Shown here one piece after another: positions 48,979 through 60,920 of a stretch of 64,000 bases of DNA (the first letter of the stretch is position 1; each line of letters opens with the position of its first letter). Position numbers and translations under genes: made by a program. The DNA comes from Massalongia carnosa. Lineage: Eukaryota. The notes under the pieces were generated by a model, which saw nothing but the letters and a program-made list of their open reading frames with translations, had not been told where the DNA came from and did not search any database. The DNA lies in assembly GCA_965645245.1 (NCBI GenBank), contig OZ287071.1, positions 744,001 to 808,000 of the forward strand. The letters run 5' to 3'.

Positions 48979-51734
48979 GACCACCACAGTTTCCAGGCTG
49001 TACGAATGGATTGAAGTTGAAGGCTTCTGTGGATGATTGTAGACGTGTGTTGCCGGAAGGTCTATGGGGTGATGTTGGATAGTTAGTTTGCTTAGGGTTG
49101 AAGATCGAAGGACTTCAGTGGTCACAGCTAATCACGCAGTTGCGTCATTTTGCGAAAGCGGTTGAAAAACGACGTGTGAGAACGAAAAGAAAAGGGCGAG
49201 CGAGAGTGATGATGGGATTGAAAGACCGTGTGAAGGAAGTGCACAGTGTAACGAACTATCTGGGATTCCCTGTGAGTAGATATTGTGAGTTGTGAAGGAG
49301 ACTTGCAATGGGGTCAATTGGGTCGATTGGATCGATTAGACTTTCATCATCCGGACCAACCCTGTTCCCTGCCGGTTAATTGCATTCACTAGCCCTCTTT
49401 GGAAAGCTGTACGCGCTATTCCGTTTCGGTCACACGTGATAATTACGCGACATCGATGCCAACCCTTTCCTTGTCATTCTTCATCGACAGCCTATTCGCG
49501 TTACTCTGGACGGTGTTCATTCCTCTCCGCCTACGCTACCCTTTCCTATGTTGGTTATCCCACAAATGACCACAGAGTAAATATTTCGATTGTCCCTGTG
49601 AAGGAAAGGGTATTCGATTGGGTTGTAGGAACCGTTCCAATATGGAGTGCGCCGCTTTCGATCAAGACCCTGCGCCTCAGGAATGATCGACAAAACGCTA
49701 GCCTTTCGCCCCCTCGAAACCTGGATCTCTCGTCAACCCGAAAGCCAAACATCTCTCTCAGATTGAATGTTGTCCATTTCTGATCTGCATCCGTCTGAAT
49801 CTGTCCCTTGTGTTCCGGCTTTTAGCAACTTCAATAAGTTTGTACACAGTAGAGTATTCACAGAATCTTCGCCTTCCGACGCGTACGTCCCTGCCCGAGA
49901 GGAGATCACGATTCAGGAAAAGGCGCGTTGAATGGCCAATTCCTTTCCTGTTCCTATGCGGGATCCGCCCGCCTTTTACCTGCTTTATCGACGCCACGAC
50001 GCCACGACGCCTCAACAGGGCTACCATCCAAGAAAGGGACAAACCCGCCACACACGACGCAAGCACTAGAAAAAAACCGGGAGCCAATAACGTTTCACGA
50101 TGTAGTGTCAATAGCGCACGGAACCAAAGGATTCACCAGATTCAACTGCGAACACTCTGTGTCCACAAGTTCAGAGTTGATGGTTGATGCTCGGTCCATC
50201 GCATAGTTAAACTAAATCGCTGAGCGCTCTTTTTGCGATCCTGCCATTGATCTTTGAGTAAGACATTTTCCCTCATCGGCCGCGTAATGTCAGGCTGCAC
50301 ACCATTTGCCGGTAGCCAAAAAGTCAATGAAAGCCATTTTCCTTCTTTCTCGTCGGACATATGAGGACCTTTTTCATTAGCAGCGAAAGTCTATATACGA
50401 ACAACGGAGAACACGTAACGAGTACGAAACAGTTGTTGGAAAGGTTGGAGGAAGCTTTCTTTGTCGGAGAATGGGGATGACTGTATCATTTCTCAGCTCC
50501 CAAAGACCTAGTCTCATAATTACGCAAACTTCAAGATCTTGCTAACAGAACAAACCCAAAATCATGCTTTTTCTATCAAAGTTCTCGACTCCTGCCTCCT
50601 GTACACTCATGAGTCCGTCTTGAGACATCGCTGAGGTGGTAATCAGACGTCCAATTTGCAGGTTCTTGAAACGATAACATCATTATTGACAATACGCAAT
50701 AGAACGAGGCTTGCTTGCTTGCTTGCTTGCTTGCTTGAACTCTGCACCGCTGCACGTCCGTCAGAACGCCTTGTGTTCACTTCACCGAAAGCTCACCTTG
50801 AGAAGCATTCCAAAGGACATATCTTAACAGATCCCTCTTTCTTCACACTTCCGTGCCCTCCGTTTCCCTTAAATTACACAGCCACCGCCCCTTGTCAGAT
50901 GATGCTCAGACTATGAAATCAGGGTGGTTGGAAAGAAGAATACTTGCCCTTTTTCTAGGGGGCTCAAGGGCGGTAGTTTTCATACACTTATCTTACCTAA
51001 CCTTGCTCCATTATCGACATGAAGAATCTTAGCTATGAACTAAGAGTATAGGAAGCGTAGATTTCTCTCTCTCTCTCTCTCTTTTTCTCTTCAGAAGTTG
51101 ATGATTGATCAATCAACTAACCATCCAACCAGCCAACCACCCACACCTGTTCTACTTCTCTCTCTCTTCTTTTTCTATCTTCCTGTGACATCTTACCTCT
51201 CCAGCAAACCAAACTCGCTGTTATGTATACTTGCATAAAGTAAGCGGAAAAAAATTGGAGGAAAAAAAAAAACTCAGCGAGGAAGGTGGACTATCTCTAG
51301 TAGCTATTTATCTACTCATCTACGTATCGATAACGCGAGTGCCAAGCAACAGGTAACAGTAATGGGATGTTTAACATGTGAAGCAGCCCTTGTACCATAA
51401 CCTAAACATGTTAAATTGATTTTGCAAAAATTCGTCGCCTATCTATTTGACGGCAGCCGTGACGCTAGTCTCGTCTCATCCATCTTGTCTCATGTCCATA
51501 TGTAGTGTGTAGTAGGTATGTATGTAAGCTAGGCATGTTCGGATTCGGCCCTCGTTGAAAATTTCCTAAGGGGATTCGTAGGAAAAAAGGGGCAAGGAGA
51601 AATCATGGGGACATGTAGGCACGTAGGCTCCTACCTCCATTTTAATATCAACATCCCCTCAAAGCCTCGACCAAGTAGGAGTCTTCCCCTCCACACCTAC
51701 AAGAACAGGAGAACGCCCTACTTATACCTACGCC

Positions 51735-54700
51735 TCAAATCCCTTCCTCATCGAAGTCCTCCCTCCGAATCCCGCTCCGATCGCACATGGCGCGAAACCC
51801 ACCCCGTGCCTCCCACAACTCTAACGGTGGCCCTAACTCGGCAATGCGGCCCTGATCCATGACGCAAATGCGATCGTAGTTGATGATGGTTTTGAGCCGA
51901 TGGGCGATACAGAGCAGGGTTTTGCCGCGAAAGGCCGTGGCCATGGTGCGCTGGATTTTGCGATCCGTGTCAAGGTCGACGCTCGATGTGGCTTCGTCGC
52001 ATACGATAATCTGCGAGCCACGCACGAGAGCGCGGGCGAGCGCCATCAGCTGGCGCTGGCCGAGGCTGAAGTTCAGGCCTTCTTCTTCGACGACGTCGTC
52101 GAGATGGATGCGATTGTGGGAGTTGTTGTTGAGGGTGGTGGCGGTGGCGATGAAGTCATCGGGATTGGTGGACGCGTCAACGAGGTCAGATTGCCGTAGA
52201 GCAGACCAAAGTTCCAGGTCGGTGTGTTCGTTGAAGGGATCGAGATTGGAGCGGACGGTGCCGCGGAAGAGGGTAGGGTCTTGGGGGATGATGGCCAGCC
52301 GGGTACGGAGGTCTTTGAGGCCCACGGTGGAAATGTCGACACCATCGACGCTGATGGAGCCGCTGGTAAGCTCGACAAGGCGGAAGAGCGCGGACATGAT
52401 GCTGGACTTTCCGGCGCCCGTACGGCCTACGACGCCGATTCTTTCGCCGCCAACAACACTCATATTCAAGCCGTGGAGCACCAAGGGCAGGCCTGCGCGG
52501 TAGCGCATTTGAACCTCGTTGAATACAATAGAGCCCTTTTCCGGCCAAGCAGAGGGGATTTCGGCTAGATGCAAAGGGGGCTCTTCGTCGAGTTGGGTGC
52601 CGTAGTAATGCAGACGTTCTGTGGCATTCATCGCGTTTTCTACTTCGGCGAGTTGGCGGACAGTGAATTGGATCATTTGCACGATTCCTAGAATATATGA
52701 AAGGACCAAACCGCCGATGCTGGGGGATACGTTGAATCTTGAGGTCACCACCAATATGCCTGTCGTAAACACAAGCAGGTTTCCGATTGTATCAAGGCGG
52801 ACGCTGAGCCACCGTTGATTGGAAAAGGTAAGGTAGTAAGCGGAGTTCATCTCATCAACAGATAACTGGATTGCCCTGATGAACCGGTTCTGAAGGCCAT
52901 ATGCCCGAATGCTGGAAACGCCGGAAACGCCCTCACTGAAGCGTGCAAATACGTCAGAGCGAAGAACTGATTCGTGCCGCTTCACCTCTCTGGCAGAGGC
53001 TCGGTAGTAACCTGCTGAGAGTACGAATAACACCAATAGCGGCCCAAGAGCAACTGCGAAATAATGGAAGTAGACGATGATCAAAATGAAGACGGAGGTA
53101 ATCATAGACAGCGTGAACAGATACAGTCTCATGGCGTCAGTTAGATTGTTATCCATGATATCAATATCCTTTGAAAACCGATTCGTGATACGGCCAAGAG
53201 GAGTGGTGTCGAAGAAACTCATGGGTGCTCGAAGGACTCGCGTCATGGCCCGTTGCAACATGACCTTGCTTGAAGTCGTGCCCAAATAAGAAAGCGAAAC
53301 GGAAAATGCAAACATCATGAACGCTTGCAGTACTCCGAGAGCGGCGTAGATTCCAATATACTTGCCCGTTGAATACCCAAATTTATCAGACACCCACCAG
53401 GAAAGCCATAAACTCGTGGTGATGTTACAGCCTTGGAATATCACAAGTATGAGGATGACTATAGGACCGTTGAGTATCGTGCCTGAAGCTCGAATATAAG
53501 CGTCGTACACATCCCACGACACACTCTTTACCGCTCGTTCCTCTTGCTGCATGAGTGCTGCGCCACGCTTGGCGGCCTTTCGCTTCTTTGCTTCTTTCTT
53601 TTCATTTTCCACTTCATCACCGTCAATAATTTCCTCTTCCTGTTTCTCTTCCTGGGCCGTGGTAGCCATCATTTTCTGGAAGGCCTCATTGTATTTCATT
53701 AAGTTGTCGAATGTATCAATAGTTTCAATGCGTCCCTCTCGCATCCAGATAATTCGATCGCAACGATGGAGAACATGAAGCTGATGAGTCGCGAGGATTC
53801 GACATTTGTCCTTCATCAATCCACAAATGGCCCGATCAAATATGTGACGTCCTACGTGGGCATCGACAGCTATTCAATTCGATTAGCTACTATTCCTGAA
53901 TGTAAGGAAGGCGGATAAGTTTGCTAACCTGATAGTGGATCGTCTAGTAGAATAATATCGCTGTTAAAATAAATGGCTCTAGCTATATTCATTCGTTGTT
54001 TCTGGCCACCCGATACTGTGATGCCTCGTTCCCCAATCTCCGTCTCATCGCTATTCGGCAGCATTTCCAAATCCGGCCGCAATGCACAAGCATCAATGAC
54101 TTTGTTGTACCATACTCTGTCATAATCCTTACCAAATAAGACGTTATCTTTCACTGTTGCGTTTTGGATCCAAGCATACTGTGGGCAGAAGGCGCGGGTC
54201 GCTCCTATCGTGACACCGCCGCTGGTACGACGCATATCACCCGCAAGCGCGGCAAGCAACGAACTTTTTCCAGAACCAACTCCACCAATGACACCAATTA
54301 GCTCTTGTCGTCCGACGGTAAAGTTCATATCGCGAATTCGAAATGGCTCAGCGGCCAAGGCACTTGAGCTGTCCGCAGAGCCGTTCACGGCTGGGGTTTC
54401 CAAAACATCTTTTTCCAATTTTCCGACCTTTTTCGTATCCTTATCTTCGGGTGTCTGAGTTACATTACGCTCCCAAGTGAAGTCCGCATGGTCTAACCAG
54501 ATGGCCTTTTCGCCCTGCAGATCCCAAACAAAATCGTCAGGTTGCTCTTCCGCCAAAAGAAACTCTTGGACACGACCAAAAGAAGCCCAAGCGTCAACCA
54601 CCTGACCGAGAACGAGCGGTAGTAAGCTGAGAGGCATGCGCAGGGCATTGAACAGGGCTAGGGAAGAAAATATAGGGGCAGGATCAAGCGGATGCAGGGA

Positions 54701-56221
54701 AAGAGAATACGTGATAAAGGAAAGCATTGAGGCAAAAATAGGTAGAGACATTGACACCGCGTTGATTCCGTTCCTCATCGCGAGCAGCACTTGGATGGCC
54801 CGGATTTCTCGCTTTCTAATGTCTCCTATTCGTTCCAAAAAGCTGCTCTCCCATCCAAAATACTTGACGAACCTCACAGCCTGCAATATTTCCTGTGTGA
54901 GCGAAACCCTTTGATCCGTGATTTGATTGATGGCCCTTCTCCGTATAAAAAGTCTCTTGATGGTCTGATACAAAACTGGAATGCCTATCACTAAGAACCC
55001 AAATCCCGCGAGCGCTGAGTAAGAAAGGTTGACGAGCAACAAAACTAACGTGATGACGATTCCAATAGGCGACGTCCAGATCATATGAAACATTCCCGAT
55101 GCCTGGTCTATTCGATAGGTATCCGTGGACATAAGATTCACCACGCGCCCATTTCCCCATCCAACCCCGTCCCCTGAGATACCAACGGGGCTCTCAAGCA
55201 CTGGTTTGGGCTGGGGGGGGAACGCTTTTCGGAACATTCCTTTAAAGAAACCGTCGTTGGTGGTAGAAACTACCTTTTCGCTATCTTTTTCGCCCTCCTT
55301 TCTGGGCTCAATTGCCATTCCTCCTGCTCTGGCGCGTCCTGATATTTTCATGGATTTCTCGAAGATCAAAGTGATTAGAACGCCTCTTGCTTGGGCGCCG
55401 ACTATTTGTCCACGATAGATGAAATGATTGGTTCCTAGGCTCTGCAACATTTGCATAAGCGTAATTCCCAAAACCAATCCTACACCATGCCCTATAAGTG
55501 GTCCTGTTGAATGCGCCCTTTGCGCATAGTATGCTCGAGTGGCGAAGGAGATTAGATATCTTAAGACAAAAGGCGATAGGACCTGAAGCAATGTAGCTGA
55601 AAGGCTGCAGAATCCTCCAATCCAAAATTCCTTGTAGAAAGTCTCATGCATCGCCCAAAAAAGAGGATGTTTATCACCACGGGCAGCTCGTCGTTTAAAT
55701 GACGCTCGGAGAGTATTTGAGAGCACATCAGCCTTCCGATCGGGGTTGACGAGCCAGATGTCGTTGAGTTCCAACGGCCTTTGATATCCCACCTAGCATT
55801 ACCGTTAACCGCAAGTTCTATACGCTACTTACGAACCCTTTACCTTCATCACTGGTGACATCCACTGAAAGGTCAACATACTCAGAAAACTTGCGCCGTA
55901 TTCTTTTGAGACCGTCCTCTCCTTGGGAACACGTGGAAGCCTACGGCTCTTGAAAGGGTTTAGGCGTTCGTGCCATGGCTTCCTGCTCATGGACCGCGAC
56001 CTCTCTGACTCAGCCGTCAAACTCGACGTAGTTGTGGTTTGCGTTACCGTCCTCGTTGCCTTTGGTAGGCCCTCTTTCTCCGGATCAGAGACAGACAGAT
56101 CACTCTCAGATTCAACATATTGCAGGGGCTCAAAGACGGCGGGCTCCGATATGTTGGTCGCATCGGCGGTAGCAAGGGAGTTGATGGGTTTTGGGTCTTT
56201 CTCATGGTCAGTAGTGGCCAT
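51735..56221 (-). CDS. YOR1: ABCC multidrug transporter, Yor1-like
   Basis: TMD1-NBD1-TMD2-NBD2 layout: LTFQWMSPVMK|VGYQRPLE, GGVGSGKSS, VSGGQKQR, LLDDPLS|AVDAHVG, FFDTTPLGRITNRFSKD, GRTGAGKSS, FSLGQRQ, DEATSSVD. Introns 55843-55793 and 53928-53870. Confidence 0.93.
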
Positions 56222-57350
56222 GGCTACTTGCGGCTGGGGGTGGAGAGGGTTATTGACGGGTGGAAACTAAGGGAAAAGACATGATGAGAGAAATGTCAAG
56301 TACAGATACTATGTAGATACGGATGAAAACGATAATGATGCAGGCAGGCAGTTCGACGTAGATTAAATATAAAGTTATGTCATGATATCCTCGATTGGAT
56401 TGTTGCTTCGTTGACCGCACTGTGCAGAGCACCCTATGCCACCCGATAAACCCATTCCCGTCGGTTCAACCACGCTTCTCGGCCTTCCAAGAACCCGACC
56501 CGCCTCGATATCCCTGTCTGTTACTAGAAAAAGTTAGCCGCTCATGTCAGCACGCTTTCATTGAAGTCTCATTAGATCGACACGCCACCCCGCCTAGTTA
56601 TATCCTATCTCCGTGCCGTCTTCGGCTAAAAAAGCTCGATTTCATGAGTTAATGAATATTCTACGGAAGTAGTTACGGGGTACGGAGTACAGGCCAGCAA
56701 CCAGCAACCGGCAACCTTGGAACTAGCAACTGACAGCTCCAAGGCTGGTGGGAGATTGGAGTAGCACTCCGTACAGAGTGTCATGTACGATCATCTATGT
56801 ACCCTTGGGCCGATATCATCAATATCGAGGTGATTGCAACGCCTAGGTTTTTGGAAGGCCACGTGACTAGCGATATCAAGGCTTAGGTACAGAGTAATTA
56901 TAAGGGGCTGCGGAGGCCGACTTACTGCTTTGCATGCAATGACCATCGAAGAGCCTTTCTACCAAAATAGATCAAGGCCAGAAGCGCTCAACATCTCGCA
57001 AGTCATTTACGTACGCTCCCGCGTTGCAGGTATTCTTTCGCTGAGAGCCCTTGATACGAATACTCTATGTTACGTTGATGTCGTAAGTTTGTCGTGTAGC
57101 ATATTATACAAATGCCTGCAAGGTACTCGTCAAAAAAGGGGTGTGGACCTGAAATAAGCCTTCTCATTTTCTACATCCCGAAAAATAATGGCAAGTGAAC
57201 ATAAGCCGGCCCGCGAAACTTGTCGCGACAACATTTTCGTGAAACGTCTCGCTTCATGGGAATCTTATTAAATCATCACAGTCATAATCGGATACGCCAT
57301 CGAGAATTTTCAAAATTTCCAGGTGTGAAAGCCAGAATTCTTCAGAATTT

Positions 57351-59509
57351 TCAACGAGTTCCTCGGTCAATCATGCGTCCTGCGTATGCAAGAACAGAAA
57401 GCGGGTCCGCATGCGAACTAGGAAAAGCTTCGTAGTTAAAATCCTCGTTGTTCGAGTTCGGTCTCTGATCTTGTTCTAGGGAGAGTTGTTGGGTAGTAGG
57501 CAGAAAAGGGCGATGTGGAGGCCGTTGTGCCTCTGAAAGCTCTCGCGCTAACTGCTCATGATCATTGCTCGAGTCTGGATTGATACCTGTAAGCGTCAGA
57601 TTCCTGAGCGACCTCCTTTCTTGCGTTATATCTTCTCGGCACCAGAAAGATTAGCGAGAATTTGGCTAACTAACGCTACCCAGCATGAGGCAAAAGGAAT
57701 AGATGGACGAAATGGAAAGGCTTACCGGATGACGATGACGAGAGAAATTGAGATTGCAATGGTGGGGGCAACGTGTAGGCCGAGTTAGGTTGACTGCCAA
57801 GGGGCGTATATACTGATGGTCCGCCAGCATCTGCATACGCAGAGCTCAATATAGGCTTCAGTCCAACGGTGGATAAAGGTGGCAGAGATCTCTGAGACTT
57901 TCCTTCCTCGGTTAAAATCACCGGAGTGTGGATGGAGGAACCGGGTGTGACGCCGCTGGATAATGACGACGACTTGGACGATACCGAAGAGTCCTGACGA
58001 AGAAAAGAGACAGGGAGTCTACTTGATCTTCGAAAATTGTGTTTTGGGCTGATGCGCCCTCGCGACGCTTTCGGATCAGCCAAGAGAGCAGAGATATTGC
58101 TTGGTATCATGTGCGTATCCCGAGTATCTAAGGGAATCATCCGAGGAAGGCCATGACCGTGCATGATGTCTGTGCTCCTGTCTAAGTGATTCTCCCCCAA
58201 CGGCTGAGGCTGCGACAACAGCTGAGGAGAACGCTGAAGGGTGGGCTCTTGGCGAGTGTCTGTCAGAGGTGGAATGGGAGATTTTGGTGCGAAGAGCGAA
58301 GAATGATTGCCGAACATATTTGGGGGTGCCATTGTAACAGGCACGCTCCCGGACGAAGGCTGATCGTTTTTCGTTGGATGCATGTGTGTCGCGCTTACGG
58401 GCTCAAATATTCGTCCAGTAGCGTTAGTGGTTGGCGACAATTCTCCTGCTTCTGCGGGGCTTCCAGCGCTTCCACTTCTCGCGGTGCTGGTATCTCTTTC
58501 GAGTCGAGGCCGCTTACCCTCTGGCCGAATTAGCCGTTTAAATGCATGATATTACACCTAAGCTAATTTTTGGGAGATGGATAGAGTCTCCTACCTGCGT
58601 TCGACGCGTTTTTGGCCTTGAACTCGGCCAAATAAAGCGCATACTCCTTGTACGCATCGGTCTTTTTATATTTGGCCATTTCAGCGTGATATTTTTCCTT
58701 TGCTGCCGAGGCCTGGGATTCGTATGGTTCCTTTCCCTCAGCTAACAGTACCTGCCAATTCTCTCCGACACGTTTCGCAATGTCCGTGAACGATAAATTC
58801 TGCGGTCTAAGCTCTTCTCTTATTCCTACAATAGAATTAGCCAGAGAACCGGCGGAGAGAGTCGAATCAAGCACTGTTTGAGAATATGACGTAGGCCGAT
58901 GGAGGCCGTTCAGGAGCATTCTCGTCGGCCTATTGAGGCGCCATCGATGAATTAGCTTGAATCGCTCAGATAGAGCCAGTTAGGGTTGACACAATTTTCT
59001 GCAAGAGGAAAAATTAACAACGTACCTTTGGATGACGGCGATATTTCCTTTTCCCACCAGCACCAGCACCAAAAGCTCTGTTGCCGTTCCTGTTGTACAA
59101 CGATTTGTCTTCGATTCCAGCGATTCTGCCTTGCTCCACCGACGGTGAAGTCCTAGGGGATGCGAGGTGCCGCTCAACAGTATAACCTCGTGCACTGGCT
59201 ATTTCCCGTTGTAGCTTCTGTTTTCAAATTAGTCGCCTTTCAACAAGTACAAGCTCCATTGGAATATGAGAATATCCACAAGGTTCAAGAAATCTCTCTG
59301 GCTTACCCTTCTGTGGCCAAGCTTCACGTTAAGAGCATCGCTGGGTTTACCACTTAGCCGAGAAGCAAGATGACGAAATTCAAGATAGCATACAGGTCTG
59401 ATTCGGTGATATCCAAGATTGTTTCCCACGTATCGAACCCTTCATCAATGAAACTCTCTAAATATTGAATCAAACCCAACCGAGACAAGACTGGACCCAG
59501 TTCCGTCAT
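57351..59509 (-). CDS. SAM-domain plus HMG-box transcriptional regulator, multi-exon
   Basis: N-terminal SAM (LSRLGLIQYLESFIDEGFDTWETILDITESDL|DALNVKLGHRR|KLQREIA), KRKYRRHPK|ADENAPERPPSAYVIFSN|RIREEL..LSFTDIAKRVGENWQVL..KEPYESQASAAKEKYHAEMAKYK (HMG box). Last exon ends ADPLSVLAYAGRMIDRGTR*. Confidence 0.88.
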
Positions 59510-60920
59510 ATAAGCTGACAGTTCTTGGAGTATCGAGATACTCCAAGATGACTCCACCTATCCCTTTGTTTCCTCCAACGCGGCGTTTAGTCCTTGTTGA
59601 GAATGGCGACCTGGGTGCAACTTTCCCATACGATGCAGATGTCAAGATATCGTTCTCAGAAGCCACCAGTGGTTTCGGTCACGTTGCTCACTTTGAGCTG
59701 CGTATTTTTTGATACTACAATCGAGTTGACGTTGAAGATAGACCAGAAGATGTAAATTTAAGGCAAAGTGGTAGACACCCCATCGGCACCTCGACTCGCA
59801 AGTAACGATCTACCGAAAGTACCCTTGTATGTAACAATAGTTTGCTTGCAGTATTCAACATCAACAGATGGGACTTTTGAGTATAGTGGCAGACCTCAAA
59901 ACTTCAATGAACAGGAAGAGATGGGAGGGATGTTCCGAACAGGCGAGCTAAGTTGAATTTGATGTCGAGAGAAACCCTGTTGACCGTCTATGGGTCTGAG
60001 AGGTTAGCTCCATTATGCCTTATTTGCGCAGGATATCATGCCAACCTGAAAGCAGCACTGCGGAAAGCATTGTGGCCCTTTCGACATAAAGTCAGGATGG
60101 GTTGGTTATACTTTTCGAGCGCATTTCCTTACCGGTGTGAGTTTTACCGTGACGAGACCATAAAAGATATGAGCAGGCAATGATGGGCATCAATCGCGCT
60201 CTAGGTTGTCGTGGGGGCGGAGGTGAGAAAGAGAAAGTGGGAGTCGGGACGTGCAGATCAAAATTCACCAAGGGGTATAGTTAACGCAGCAGACTCGAAG
60301 CGCAAGGGAGGGTCTCGATGATGAAGGATTTCAAGATCGAAAGGATCGCGATGTAAATGATAAAGCTGATGGGACAATGGGAATGTAGATGGGGAGACGG
60401 GGATGGCAAATTCGGTTCGCATCGGACACTTGCGTGTTCTCCCATGCGGAACGCCAGACAAAGACGAGCTGAGAGTAAGAGGAAAGGAAACTCGGAGGGG
60501 TGGGAGAATAGGAAAATACCGATTCGTGGTGTCTGATTGATGCGAACATTGTGGTCTGCACGTCCACGCAGCAGAGCGTTCTTTGGATGGAAATCGACGA
60601 TATTAATGGTGAATCGTAGATTCAGCTGGTCGGAGAACATGGCCATGACCCGGGGAATCAAGCGATGGTCAGCCCAAGACGCGACGACTATTTAATCTCA
60701 GATCTGATGTTAGCGGCACTAATAATACTAACAATACCGAGGACGAAACAGGTAACAGCCTGACATGGGGATGCATCATTGGTTCGTGGGGCATGCCAGG
60801 GACCAATAGTCCAACGATGGTTGGTCGATGGGAGTGGAGAGATGGCATGAAATTTACGCTAGTGGAACGCATTTAGATGCACTCCAGAATACTCGATCTT
60901 GAATTTGTTTGAAGCCGGTA

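Noticed and set aside
1..56221. Two ABCC transporters as markers of a secondary-metabolite cluster
   Set aside because: They are about 50 kb apart, separated by housekeeping genes, and no PKS, NRPS or tailoring enzyme is in the window.
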